Source: Longimicrobiales bacterium
GTDB lineage: Bacteria; Gemmatimonadota; Gemmatimonadetes; Longimicrobiales; Gaopeijiaceae
Assembly (NCBI GenBank): GCA_963664435.2
Contig: CAXXKM010000001.1
Location: forward strand, 1,472,001-1,536,000
Direction of reading: 5' to 3'
DNA: 64,000 nucleotides
A program made the position numbers and the translations under genes. Under the pieces are notes generated by a model, which searched no databases, was not told where the DNA came from, and was given only the letters and a program-made list of their open reading frames with translations. Of this stretch, positions 19,191 through 31,808 are shown in pieces (within the stretch, counting starts at the first letter, position 1; the number at the start of each line of letters is the position of its first letter).

Positions 19191-22099
19191 CGGAAGGCCA
19201 CCTCGACACCCAGTCTCAGCTGAAGGGGCTCGTCGTAGAACAACGACGGATCCATGCGGTCCAGGGCCGCCGCCAACCGTACCGTTCGATACTCCAGATC
19301 GGTGATGCGGCCGTTGCCGTCCAGATCCGCGAGCGCGCTGTAGCGCGGCGACTCCCGCGGGATGGAGCCGCCCGGGGCGCCCCGCGCCAATTCGAGAACC
19401 GTCGACGCGGGGGGCGCAATCGTGCCGGTGTCACGGCGGAGCGCCAGGACGTTGTCACGGTCGAGGAGGTTGCGGCCGTCAACCACGATCCGCCAGCGGC
19501 AGTCTGAACAAACGGGCAGGTCGCCGAGTTCGAGCGTGGCTCGCAGGTCAAGCTGCACGATCCAGGGCAGGAAGCGGTCGAGATCGCGGCGTTCGCCCTC
19601 GCGCTCCGGAGCCAGGAGCTCGCGGTCCAGCGGATAACCGCTCTTCGCCACGGTGGCGAGAGCGATGCCCCAGCGGCGGTCGCCCTCCCCGGCCGCACGA
19701 CCCGCGAAGACGGCCAGGTTCGCGGAGTGCCTCCGGTCGAACGCAAGAGGAAACTCCTCCCGAGGCGCGTCGAGTTCCTCGATCTGGGCGTCGAGGGCCG
19801 TCGAGACCACGCCCACCGCCTTCTGAAGCGAGTAACCCAGACGGAGGCGCAGCAACGGCCACCGAGCCCGCACCGACATCTCCGCGCCCCGGACCGTCCC
19901 GAAGTCCCCTCCCGTGAACTGGCCCTTCCCGAACCCGCCGAACCGCAGGCTGCCGGTCACGAGATTGTTCAACTCCTTTCGAAATCCGACCACGGAGACG
20001 CCCGCGCTCTCACCGATCTGATGAGTCATCCCGAACTCGAGGCTGGTCCCCTTCTCGAATGCCAGATCCGGGTTGCCCTGGCGGCGAATGTCGGTTCGCA
20101 GCGAATCGCCGAGCGTGGTGTCGAGGAAGAAGCGGAAGTCGGGAGGCTGCGCGACCTGGCTGTAGTTGAAGCGGAAGGCCAGCCGGCCCTCCGTCCCCGG
20201 AACGGGCCCCGACACGCCGATGCGCGGGGCGATTCCGATCTTCCAGCCCGCGCGCGCCCCCGGTGCAAGGAAATCCACCCGGTGGTGCCGGTAATCGAGG
20301 CCCGCCCGGAAGGCGTCGATCCTGCCTCCGAAGGTGAGGGTGATCTCGTCCTCGGCGGCGAGGCGCGCGTCCACGAAGGCGCTCACCGAACCTGGATAGA
20401 AGAGGGCGTAGCTGGGCGAGGATCCGGCCAGGAAGCTTCTTGCCCGCTCGTAGGATTCGACGCGATAGAGCTTGGTCCCGGCTCCCGCGCCGAGGACGTG
20501 ACCCGCGGATGACAGCAGCTCGGCGAACAGGTCGGCGCCGACAAACTCGGTGCGCGCCCAGTTGGCGATGCCCGGGGTTCCCTCGGTGAAGAAGATGCCC
20601 TCCGCGGCCGGCCCGAAGGGAGATCCGACGGAGCCGCCGGGAAGAGCGTATCCGGGCACGGGAGTCCCGGACCTCAACTGGTCCTGTACCGGGCTGCGCA
20701 CGAACGCCTCGCCCAGAAAGGAAAGGCCGGCAGGTCCGAACCCCGCGAGGGTGCGGCGGCCCGCCCGGGAGTCCGGGTCGACCACTCCCAGGTAGCGGTC
20801 AAGCCGCATGGCGGAGCCCCGCACCGTAACATGCGCGCCCCCTCCGAGCCCCTGCCGGGACCAATCCAGCGATGCGGCGGCGAGCGTGCCGTCCGTCCGT
20901 TGCCCGAGCTGATGGTCGCGGTTGTACTTGAACTCGGAGGTATACAGCCCGGATTGCGCCCGGTTGTGCAGGAGCGTGGTCGTAAGGGCCAGGCCGTCGG
21001 CGATCGGCCGGTCGATGCGCGCGAACGCCAGCAGCTTGTCGCCGGCCTGGTGGGGGAAGGCGGCCGCCGTATAGGGACAGGCCAGCCCCGCGGTGGCCGG
21101 ATCTCCCGTCACCCGGTCGACGAGCGCGTCCATCTCGGCATCGCCGTCGCCCGGCCGGAGGCAGGTCAGGCCGCGCGCGCGCGGCTCCGCATCCAGCATG
21201 CCCTGCGCGAGCACGCTCGCGAACACAACCGATCCCCGTCCGAGCACCGGCGCCGGTCCGCCTCCGGAAACCGTGAGCGCCGTGAATCCCCGGAAGAACT
21301 GCTCCGGCGCCCAGTGGTCGGTGCGCACGGCCGCCGTCCCCCGCCAACGCTCCGGATCTCCACGCCTTGTCGTGTAGTGCACCACCCCCGAGAGCGCCGA
21401 TCCGAAGCGGGCTCCAAGTCCCCCGGTCACCACCTCGATCTCCTCGAGAGCGTCGGAGGGGTGCTCCAGCGCGGGACCCTGGGACGACGCCTCGAACTGG
21501 TTCTTGAACTCCAGCCCGTCGACCACGTAGGCTTCCTGTCCGATGCGCCCGCCGCGGAAGTGGCCATCGCTGACCCCCGGCGCCAGCTCGATGGCCTGGG
21601 AGACCTCGTCGATCGGCAGCTCGCGCAGCTCCCTCGCCTGGATCAGCTCGTGGGTTGCGCTCACCTCCGGCTCCACCAGGCGGACGCGCTCGACCTCGAC
21701 CCGGACTTCGTCGAGTTCCAGGGCCTCGAGCTCGAGCTCGACGAGGACGCGGGCAGGCTGTCCCGGCCGCACGCGGACGCCCTCGAGGGTCGTGGTGGTG
21801 TAGCCGAGCAGCGAGACGGTCACCGACCGGTCGCCAAAAGGCACCGCCACCAGGATGAAGCGGCCATCGGGCGCGGAAGAGGTCCGGAGCTCCGTGCCCT
21901 CGACGGTGAAGAGCGCATCCTGGAGCGCTTCGCCGGTGGATGCGTCGACGACGCGCCCGAAGATGCTTCCAGCGTTCTGCGCCGCCGCCCGCCCCGGCAG
22001 CGCGAGGATGCCGGCGACGCCGCAGATTCCGATCAGCCGGGCGATCCGGCGGCCGTACGCGGCCCGCTCAGTTGCGAAAAACGCGTGTCGACGGATCAA
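19187..22099 (-). CDS. TonB-dependent receptor with N-terminal CarboxypepD-like domain
   Basis: Signal peptide, GRVVDASTGE, plug (YVVDG, IEVVTGG..ARFG), GNPDL..E, terminal LRLGVEVAFR. Confidence 0.85.
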   Translation of the reverse strand: MIRRHAFFATERAAYGRRIARLIGICGVAGILALPGRAAAQNAGSIFGRVVDASTGEALQDALFTVEGTELRTSSAPDGRFILVAVPFGDRSVTVSLLGYTTTTLEGVRVRPGQPARVLVELELEALELDEVRVEVERVRLVEPEVSATHELIQARELRELPIDEVSQAIELAPGVSDGHFRGGRIGQEAYVVDGLEFKNQFEASSQGPALEHPSDALEEIEVVTGGLGARFGSALSGVVHYTTRRGDPERWRGTAAVRTDHWAPEQFFRGFTALTVSGGGPAPVLGRGSVVFASVLAQGMLDAEPRARGLTCLRPGDGDAEMDALVDRVTGDPATAGLACPYTAAAFPHQAGDKLLAFARIDRPIADGLALTTTLLHNRAQSGLYTSEFKYNRDHQLGQRTDGTLAAASLDWSRQGLGGGAHVTVRGSAMRLDRYLGVVDPDSRAGRRTLAGFGPAGLSFLGEAFVRSPVQDQLRSGTPVPGYALPGGSVGSPFGPAAEGIFFTEGTPGIANWARTEFVGADLFAELLSSAGHVLGAGAGTKLYRVESYERARSFLAGSSPSYALFYPGSVSAFVDARLAAEDEITLTFGGRIDAFRAGLDYRHHRVDFLAPGARAGWKIGIAPRIGVSGPVPGTEGRLAFRFNYSQVAQPPDFRFFLDTTLGDSLRTDIRRQGNPDLAFEKGTSLEFGMTHQIGESAGVSVVGFRKELNNLVTGSLRFGGFGKGQFTGGDFGTVRGAEMSVRARWPLLRLRLGYSLQKAVGVVSTALDAQIEELDAPREEFPLAFDRRHSANLAVFAGRAAGEGDRRWGIALATVAKSGYPLDRELLAPEREGERRDLDRFLPWIVQLDLRATLELGDLPVCSDCRWRIVVDGRNLLDRDNVLALRRDTGTIAPPASTVLELARGAPGGSIPRESPRYSALADLDGNGRITDLEYRTVRLAAALDRMDPSLFYDEPLQLRLGVEVAFR

Positions 22100-23274
22100 G
22101 GGACGGGTGCATGCCCCAACGCTCTCGCCAGGGCCTCCACGCTCGCCAGGTCATGCACCGGCCGATGCTCGTCCACTTCGGGCAGGAGCGCCCGGATGCC
22201 CGCGGCCCGGGGCGCGAACTTCTCGAAGCGCAGCAGCGGATTGAGCCAGATCAGCCGCCGGCACGACTTCCTCAGCCGCCGGGCCTCGAAGGCGATCCCG
22301 CTGGCCCCCTCCCGGTCGAGCCCATCGGTCACCAGCAGCACCACCGTGCCCTCCGCCAGCAGGCGCCGGGACCAGTGCAGGTTGAAGGCCCGCAGCGCCG
22401 CCCCGATGCGCGTGCCGCCGTACCAGTCGAGCACCGTCCGCCCCACGCGGTCCATCGCCCGGTCCACGTCCTGGTCTCGAAGCAGCCGCGTGACGTTTGT
22501 GAGCCGGGTGCCGAAGAGGAAGGTGTGGATGCGCTCGCCGGCATTGGTCAGCGTATGGAAGAAGTGCAGCAGGATGCGTGAATAGGTCTCCATCGACCCC
22601 GAGATGTCGCAGATGGCCACCAGCGTCGGGCGGCGCGTGGCGTGCGCGCGTCGCTTCAGGGACATGGGGTACCCGCCGGTGCGCAAGCTGGCGCGCAACG
22701 TGCGGCGCGCGTCGATCCCGGTGCCGTGGGGATCGGGGCGAAAGCGGCGCGTCGGGATCGGGCGCAGGTCCAGCTTCAGGTGGCGAAGCGCCTCTCTGGC
22801 CTGCCGGACCTCCGCCGCGGTCATCTGCTCGAAATCCTTGGTGCGCAGCACCTCCGACGGCGAGAAGGCCATGCGCACGGAGATCTCCTCGCCTTCCCGC
22901 GCGCGAACGGCTTCCGCGTACCCCGGGGCGGTTCCCGGCGACAGTCGGGCCGGGGCCCGCTCGCCCGCCTCGCCCTCGCCCATGCGCGACGTGGAGAGCA
23001 GCGCCTGCAGGGCCTCGTCCCGCCCCAGCGGATCCCGCCAGAAGAGACGAAAGGCGCTGTCGAAGATGGCGCGCTGTTCCGGCGCCGAGACCAGGGTGCC
23101 GTGCAGCGCCCAGTAGAACTGGCTCCGTTCGGCGGTGTCGACGGCTCCCAGTGCACGCGCTGCGGAGATGGTGTGACCGGGACCCACCGGCATGCCGGCC
23201 GCGCGCAGCATGCGCACGAAACGGGCGACGTTGTCGGCGAGCCTGCCGGTGGGGTCGGTGGGCTGTCGGCGCAT
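22096..23274 (-). CDS. coxE: CoxE-like VWA domain protein
   Basis: F.R.LR.AG, CDISGSM, FGTRLT, GGTRIG, TDGLD, WLNPLL. Confidence 0.9.
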   Translation of the reverse strand: MRRQPTDPTGRLADNVARFVRMLRAAGMPVGPGHTISAARALGAVDTAERSQFYWALHGTLVSAPEQRAIFDSAFRLFWRDPLGRDEALQALLSTSRMGEGEAGERAPARLSPGTAPGYAEAVRAREGEEISVRMAFSPSEVLRTKDFEQMTAAEVRQAREALRHLKLDLRPIPTRRFRPDPHGTGIDARRTLRASLRTGGYPMSLKRRAHATRRPTLVAICDISGSMETYSRILLHFFHTLTNAGERIHTFLFGTRLTNVTRLLRDQDVDRAMDRVGRTVLDWYGGTRIGAALRAFNLHWSRRLLAEGTVVLLVTDGLDREGASGIAFEARRLRKSCRRLIWLNPLLRFEKFAPRAAGIRALLPEVDEHRPVHDLASVEALARALGHAPVP

Positions 23275-23423
23275 ACGCGGCGGTGGCTTGCCGGTGAAGG
23301 ATGGGTGGACGGCTGACCAGGCGTGAGGATTCTCTTCCCGGCTTCCGGAGGCGCCGCGCGAATCTAGAGGATGTACCTCATCTCGAGCGAGGCCGCGCTC
23401 GGACGTGTGTACCCGAACGCAGT

Positions 23424-23849
23424 CTAGAGATAGATGACCTCCAGGTGATCGAACCGCTCAAAGTCACGGTCGTTCGTCAGAAGCCGTCCGATGCCGTGTT
23501 CCGTGCACAGTGCCGCCAGTTGCGCATCGAACATCAGATTGCCTCGCGCGTCGGCGCGGCGAGCGGTCTCGCCCAACAGCGCGAGATAATCCGTCCCGGG
23601 ATGGAGGACACGGCATGTGGGGGATGCAACCACGTTTTCGATGAAGCCGAACGCCTTTTCGATCGTCGAGGGCGGGTTGAATACCCTTCGATGGGTCACC
23701 ACACGCGAGAACTCCGCGATGCAGAAGACCGGTAGCCCCCAGGGCCCGGTTCCCTCCGCGAGTTCGGTCAGTCTCGTGGCCGCGGATTCGTGAAGGGTGG
23801 TTTCGGCGCGGTGCGCGTAGATCAGGATGTTGGTATCGATGGCGATCAT
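23424..23849 (-). CDS. vapC: VapC/PIN domain toxin
   Basis: IDTNILIYAH, EFSRVVT, GNLMFDAQLAA, TNDRDF. Confidence 0.9.
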   Translation of the reverse strand: MIAIDTNILIYAHRAETTLHESAATRLTELAEGTGPWGLPVFCIAEFSRVVTHRRVFNPPSTIEKAFGFIENVVASPTCRVLHPGTDYLALLGETARRADARGNLMFDAQLAALCTEHGIGRLLTNDRDFERFDHLEVIYL

Positions 23850-24079
23850 GCGTGGTCGATCACGTCATAGAGAGCCTCGCGGTCGGAGACGTCGACGTTC
23901 GGCGGCGCGTGTCCACGAACGGTCTCAAGCACCAGCTTGAAGGCCGGTTTGCGGCAATCCTCCATCAGCCTGGTCCGCAGCGCATCCTCCACGAAGCGCG
24001 TCAGCGTTGTGCCATCTCTCCTGGCACGACGCTTGGCCCGCCGCAGGATGTGGTCGTTCAGGTTGAGGGTCGTTTTCAT
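23846..24079 (-). CDS. vapB: VapB-type ribbon-helix-helix antitoxin
   Basis: MKTTLNLNDHILRRAK...TLTRFVEDALR; overlaps toxin start. Confidence 0.85.
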   Translation of the reverse strand: MKTTLNLNDHILRRAKRRARRDGTTLTRFVEDALRTRLMEDCRKPAFKLVLETVRGHAPPNVDVSDREALYDVIDHA

Positions 24080-24101
24080 GAGATCGGCTCCCCTGAGGAA
24101 G

Positions 24102-24118
24102 ATATGGGGCAACCATAT
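24102..24118. promoter_or_regulatory. inverted repeat ATATGG-N5-CCATAT, candidate VapB operator
   Basis: Perfect 6-bp arms about 22 bp upstream of the antitoxin ATG. Confidence 0.5.
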
Positions 24119-24203
24119 TGTAGAAGCCATACATCTGGGTCAGCAAGAAGACCTGGTCAGTCGTCGCGGCGCGTGAGCGCTGGGGGCAACGCCCAGTGGT
24201 GGA

Positions 24204-25844
<1,641 letters not shown>

Positions 25845-25852
25845 GGGCCAGC

Positions 25853-26749
25853 CTATCTCCCGAACGAGTACGAGAAATTGATGAGCGGGACGCAGCAACC
25901 GCCGTCGCCGCCGTCCGCGATGGCGCCCATGGCTCCGACCTCGGTGTTGAAGCGGTCTCCGATGATCCGAACTCCGCCCGACAGGACGACGCCCACCGCG
26001 TCGGGAAGGATGTAGTTCTCGGTGAGGAGCTTGATCCTGCGGCTGACCCGGGTTTCGCCCCCCACCATGAACGCCGGCTCGTTCAGGACCTCGTCTCCCG
26101 AATAGAAGTAGCCGATTCCCGCGGACAGGGCATCGTCCGTGTCTCCGAACGTGGCCACCCCGTAGGCGACCCCGACCACCTCGTCGTCGAAGAAGAAGGC
26201 GAGGGTTCCGATGGAGGCCTGTACCTCGGGGTGACGGAGAATCTGCACCTTCGGACCGAGGTAGAACGGCTCGAGCTCGCCGAAGAGAACGGGGGCCCCG
26301 CCAACGATCGTGAAACGGTCGGTCACTCCGACCGCGGCGAACGGCAGGACGACCACGTATGTGCCGACGTACGACTCCCCGCGTTCGAGCGAGCGCCCGG
26401 TCGAGGTGAAGAACAGCCGGGTAGCGCCGGGATCCTCGGTCCGGAATTCGCCGTCGACGACCTGTCCACGAGCCGGACGGATGCCCTCGATCCCGGTCCG
26501 TTCGACATCGAGGCGGGCACCGCCCACGGTCTCGAACACCACCCGCGCCTCGTCGAACTCCACGACGCGCGCGTAGATCACGGAGCCGTCCCCGAGCCGC
26601 ACCTCGTAGAGGGCGTCGCTCGGAGCGGGGATGTCCGGTGGCGTCTGGGCACGGGCCGCGGCGGGGAGTGCAGTCGTAACGACGATCAGGGAAGCAATGA
26701 GCAACAGCATCCGCCCCGGCAAGGCGGACGAAGGTCGTGGCAAGTGCAC
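25853..26749 (-). CDS. secreted hypothetical protein, probable outer-membrane beta-barrel C-terminus
   Basis: Signal peptide, V.L.DG motif, RLFFTSTGRSL, amphipathic strands ending FSYSFGR. Confidence 0.65.
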   Translation of the reverse strand: MHLPRPSSALPGRMLLLIASLIVVTTALPAAARAQTPPDIPAPSDALYEVRLGDGSVIYARVVEFDEARVVFETVGGARLDVERTGIEGIRPARGQVVDGEFRTEDPGATRLFFTSTGRSLERGESYVGTYVVVLPFAAVGVTDRFTIVGGAPVLFGELEPFYLGPKVQILRHPEVQASIGTLAFFFDDEVVGVAYGVATFGDTDDALSAGIGYFYSGDEVLNEPAFMVGGETRVSRRIKLLTENYILPDAVGVVLSGGVRIIGDRFNTEVGAMGAIADGGDGGCCVPLINFSYSFGR

Positions 26750-26845
26750 TTGTCTGGCTCCTTCGGGGCGTTCGGATGCGGCGAGTGCCGCGAGTGCCCT
26801 GCGGAATACCCTGCTCCGGCAGAAAAAGGGCCGACCCGGCCTGGC

Positions 26846-27859
26846 TTACTCCGCCCCCGCCATCGCTTCCTCCAGGCCCCCGTCCCGCCGCAGCTGCTCG
26901 AGGTCGTCCTGGTACTTGAGCAGCACGCCCAGCGTGCGGTTCACCGTCTCGCGGTCGAGTACCCGGCGGTCCAGGGCCATCAGGGCGCGCGCCCAATCCA
27001 GGGTCTCGGCCACGCCGGGCCGCTTGAACAGCTCCATCTCGCGCACCTTGCGCACGAAACCCACGACCTGGGCGCTCAGCCCCCCCGGCGCTTCCGGCAC
27101 CCGCGATGCGAGGATCGCCATCTCCCGCTCCGCCGTCGGATAGTCGATCCAGTGGTAGATGCAGCGGCGCTTGAGGGCGTCGTGGATCTCACGGGTGCGG
27201 TTGGAGGTGATGACCACCACCGGAGGAGTTTCCGCCCGCATGGTGCCCAGCTCGGGGATGGTGATCTGGTAGTCCGAGAGCACCTCCAGGAGATACGCCT
27301 CGAAGGGCTCGTCGCTGCGGTCCAGCTCGTCGATGAGGAGCACGGGCGCCACGCCGTCCGCCGGGTCCAGCGCCTGCAGCAGCGGACGCCGGATCAGGAA
27401 CTCCTCTCCGAAGACGTCGCGTTCAGCGACCGGCCGCGAACTTCCAGCGCTGGAGGCGCCATCGCTCCCAATCCCGTCCCGTCCCAGCTCCGCGGCCCGG
27501 ATGTGGATCATCTGCTTCGCGAAGTTCCACTCGTAGGCGGCCGCGGCCATGTCCAGCCCCTCGTAGCACTGGAGCCGCACCAGGGGCTTGCCCAGCGCGC
27601 CCGCCACCGACCGGGCCAACTCGGTCTTGCCTACCCCCGCCTCTCCCTCCAGGAACAGGGGACGGCCCAGCTCGAGCGCCAGAAAGAGAGCGGTCCCGAG
27701 GCTCGCGTCCGCGACATACCCCTGGCCGCCGAGCAGCGCCACGGCGTCGTCCACCGAGCGGGGAAGGGGCGCAGGACCGCCCCCATCGTCGACCGAACGC
27801 GGCGAGGGCGCAGGACCGCTCTGCTCAGCGCGGCCCCGCGCCCTCTCTGTTTCGTCCAT
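26846..27859 (-). CDS. coxD: CoxD-like MoxR AAA+ ATPase
   Basis: PLFLEGEAGVGKT, RLQCYEGLD, YEWN, LIDELD, TSNRTREIHDALKRRC. Confidence 0.9.
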   Translation of the reverse strand: MDETERARGRAEQSGPAPSPRSVDDGGGPAPLPRSVDDAVALLGGQGYVADASLGTALFLALELGRPLFLEGEAGVGKTELARSVAGALGKPLVRLQCYEGLDMAAAAYEWNFAKQMIHIRAAELGRDGIGSDGASSAGSSRPVAERDVFGEEFLIRRPLLQALDPADGVAPVLLIDELDRSDEPFEAYLLEVLSDYQITIPELGTMRAETPPVVVITSNRTREIHDALKRRCIYHWIDYPTAEREMAILASRVPEAPGGLSAQVVGFVRKVREMELFKRPGVAETLDWARALMALDRRVLDRETVNRTLGVLLKYQDDLEQLRRDGGLEEAMAGAE

Positions 27860-27880
27860 CTGCCGGTTCGTGCGGTCCCG

Positions 27881-28675
27881 CTAGCCGCAGGCCTCCACGG
27901 CCCGCTTCGCCATCACCGTGACCAGATGGGCCCGGTACTCGGCGCCCGCCACGTTGTCGGACAGCAGCCCGTCCGATGATACGCCGATGCCCGCGACCGC
28001 ATCGGCCGAGAAGTCGTCCGCCAGCGCGGCCTCCATCTCCGCCACACGGAAGACGCCCGCGCCCGCGCCGGTCACCGCGACCCGCACGCCATCGGAATCC
28101 TCGGCCACCATCACCCCCGCGACCGCGTACTTCGACGCCGGGTTCTCGAACTTCGCGTAGGCGGCCCGGTCCGGGATCGGGAAGCACACGGCGGTAACCA
28201 GTTCATCCTCCTCCAGCGGCGTCTCGAACATCGCCCCGAAGAAGTCGTCCGAGGAGATCTTGCGCCGGTCGGTGATGATGGTCGCGCCCAGCCCGACGCA
28301 CGCCGCCGGATAGTCCGCCGCGGGATCGTTGTGGGCCACCGAGCCGCCGATGGTGCCGCGGTTGCGCACCTGGGGGTCGCCGATGCGGCCGGCCATCGCC
28401 GCCAGCGCCGGGATGCGCTCCCGCACCACGCTCGACGCCGCAACCTGCGCGTGCGTGCAACACGCGCCGATCTTGAGGCAGTGCCCGTGATCCTCGATGT
28501 CGCTCAGTCCCGGCACGTTGCGCAGCGACACCAGATCGCTCGGGGCGGCCATGGCCAGCTTCATGACGGGCAGCAGGCTCATGCCCCCCGCCAGCACCTT
28601 GCCGTCGTCCGCGCCCCTGAGGGCGCTCAGGACACCGTCAACCGAAGACGGTGCGTGATATTGAAAATCGTCCAC
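27881..28675 (-). CDS. coxM: FAD-binding subunit, CoxM/CutM family
   Basis: LAGGMSL, IGDPQVRNRGTIGGS, NDPAADYP. Confidence 0.9.
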   Translation of the reverse strand: MDDFQYHAPSSVDGVLSALRGADDGKVLAGGMSLLPVMKLAMAAPSDLVSLRNVPGLSDIEDHGHCLKIGACCTHAQVAASSVVRERIPALAAMAGRIGDPQVRNRGTIGGSVAHNDPAADYPAACVGLGATIITDRRKISSDDFFGAMFETPLEEDELVTAVCFPIPDRAAYAKFENPASKYAVAGVMVAEDSDGVRVAVTGAGAGVFRVAEMEAALADDFSADAVAGIGVSSDGLLSDNVAGAEYRAHLVTVMAKRAVEACG

Positions 28676-28688
28676 GTTCGCTCTCCGG

Positions 28689-31060
28689 TCAGTCCTGGGC
28701 CTGTGCGGCCTGAATTGCTTGCCAAACCCGCTCCGATGTGGCGGGCATCTCGATGTGGGTCACGCCCAGCGGGCTCAGCGCGTCGACCACCGCGTTGATC
28801 ACCGCGGGCGGAACGCCGATCGAGCCGACCTCGCCGACTCCCTTCACCCCCAACGGGTTATGCGTGCAATGGGTCGTGTTGTGGTTGATGTTGAAGTTGG
28901 GCAGGTCGCCCGCGCGCGGCATGGTGTAGTTCATGTACGAACCGGTCACCAGCTGGCCCTCCGCGTCGTACTCGCAGTGCTCGAGCAGCGCCTGTCCGAT
29001 GCCGTGGGCCAGGCCGCCGTGCAGCTGCCCGTTGACGATCATGGGGTTGATGATGCGCCCGACGTCGTCGGCGCCGGTCACGCTCACCAGCTCGACTACG
29101 CCGGTCTCGGGGTCCACCTCCACCTCGGCGATGTGGGTGCCGGCGGGGAAGGTGAAGTTGAGGGGATCGTAGAACGCGGTCTCCTCGAGGCCGGGCTCGA
29201 GGCCCTCGGGATAGTTGTGGGGCACATACGCGGTCAGCGCGACCTCGCCGATGCTCTTCGAGCGGTCGGTGCCGGCCACCGTGAAATTGCCGTCGGCGAA
29301 CTCGATGTCCTCCTCGGAGGCCTCCAGGAGATGGGCGGCGATCTTCCTGCCCTTGGCGATGACCTTCTGCACGGCGTTGTAGATGGCGGTGCCGCCCACG
29401 GCCAGTGAGCGCGACCCGTAGGTGCCCATGCCGAAGGGGATTGCGTTGGTGTCGCCGTGCACCACGTCGACGGCCTCGAAGTCGACGCCCAGCGTCTCGG
29501 CGACGATCTGGGCGAAGGTGGTCTCGTGCCCCTGGCCGTGGCTGTGCGTGCCGGTGAAGACCGACACCGAGCCCGTGGGATGCACGCGCACGCTGCCCAC
29601 CTCGTACAGCCCGGCGCGCGCGCCCAGCGACCCCACCACCGCCGAGGGCGCAATGCCGCACGCCTCGATGAAGGTCGAGATGCCGATGCCGCGCAGTTTC
29701 CCGCGGCTGCCCGCCTCCGACCGGCGCGCCTCGAAGCCGTCCCAGTCGGCGGCGCTCAGCGCGAGGTCGAGGGTGGCGTCGTAGTCGCCCTGGTCGTACT
29801 GGAGGGCGACCGGGGTCTGGTAGGGGAACTCGCGGATGAAGTTGCGGCGCCGGATGTCGACCCGGTCGATGCCGGTCGCGGCGGCGGCCTTGTCGACCAG
29901 GCGCTCGAGCAGGTAGGTGGCCTCCGGCCGCCCCGCCCCCCGCAGCGCGTCTACAGGGACGGTGTTGGTGAACACCCCCTCGACCTCCACGTAGATGGCC
30001 GGGGTCGTGTACGGCCCCGCGAACAGGATGCCGTACAGGTAGGTCGGCACGCAGGTCGCGAAGGTGGACAGGTAGGCCCCCAGGTTGGCCTTGGTGGAGA
30101 CCTTGAGACCGACGAACCTGCCGTCCTCGTCCAGCCCCAGCGTGGCGGTGCTGAGATGGTCGCGGCCCTGGGTGTCCGAGACGAAAGCCTCCGAGCGGTC
30201 CGAGGTCCACTTCACGGGCCGGCATAGCTGGCCCGCGGTCCAGGTGAGGATCGCCTCTTCCGCGTAGTGGGGGATCTTCGATCCGAAGCCGCCTCCGACG
30301 TCGGGCGCCACGATGCGCAGCTTGTGCTCCGGCAGGCCGAGTACGAAGGCGCCCAGCAGCAGCCGGATCAGGTGGGGGTTCTGGCTGGTGGTGTAGAGGG
30401 TGTACTCGTCGGTGGTCGGGTCGAAGTTGCCGATGGCGGCCCGCGGCTCGATGGCGTTGGGCACCAGCCGCTGGTTCACCACGTCGATGGAAACCACGTG
30501 GGCGGCGCCGTCGATGGCGGCCTCCGCAGCCGCCCGGTCACCCACCTCCCAGTCGTAGCACAGGTTGCCGTCGGCTTCGTCCCACACTTTCGGCGCGCCG
30601 TCCGCGCGGGCGGCCTCGAGCGAGGCGACCGCGGGCAGGTCCTGGTAGTCGACGTCGATCAGGGCCGCGGCCTCGCGCGCCTGGTCGCGCGTCTCCGCCA
30701 CCACGATGGCCACGATTTCACCCACGTGGCGCACCTTGCCGACGGCCATGGCCGGGTGCTTCGGCTCCACCATGGGCGAGCCGTCCTTCGAGTGGATCAA
30801 CCACCCGGTCGGCACGCCGCCCACATGCTCCATGTTCGCTCCCGTGAACACGGCGTGCACGCCCGGCGCCGCCTCCGCCGCGCTGGTGTCCACACTTCCC
30901 AGGTTGGCGTGCGCGACCGTCGAGCGCAGCAGGTGGGCGTACAGCTGCCCGGGCAGGTTGATGTCGTCGGTGTAGCGTCCGCGTCCGGTCAGAAAGCGGG
31001 CGTCTTCCTTGCGCTTGAGGCTCGCGCCGATGAAGCCGGTTCCGTTGCTTCCGTTGTCAC

Positions 31061-31064
<4 letters not shown>
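28689..31064 (-). CDS. coxL: molybdopterin-binding large subunit, form-II CoxL-like/xanthine dehydrogenase family
   Basis: [55 protein letters not shown]; start MSDNGSNG. Confidence 0.9.
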
Positions 31065-31534
<470 letters not shown>

Positions 31535-31690
31535 CGAACCTCCTTGCCGGATCGGGTGAGTTTCATTGGAACCAAATTGGCTTTCTCCAGCCGATGTTAC
31601 TTCGAGTGCCGAGGGCGGCGCAATCTCTGCTCGCGACCGCGGGCAATCGTCGTTCGCGGCCACCTGCGATCTCCTTTCGCCCCCGCCGGC

Positions 31691-31732
31691 GATCCCGGTT
31701 CACACCCGCTGCCGATCCCGGTTCACACCCGC
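31691..31732. repeat. direct repeat GATCCCGGTTCACACCCGC x2 (23-bp period)
   Basis: Two exact 19-mers in the divergent coxS/DUF1028 intergenic region. Confidence 0.7.
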
Positions 31733-31808
31733 CGGCCATCTTTGTTCGACGACGGTCCCTGCCTACGTTGCCGGGAAGATTTTCCGCACAGCATCAGGAG
31801 GATGACGA

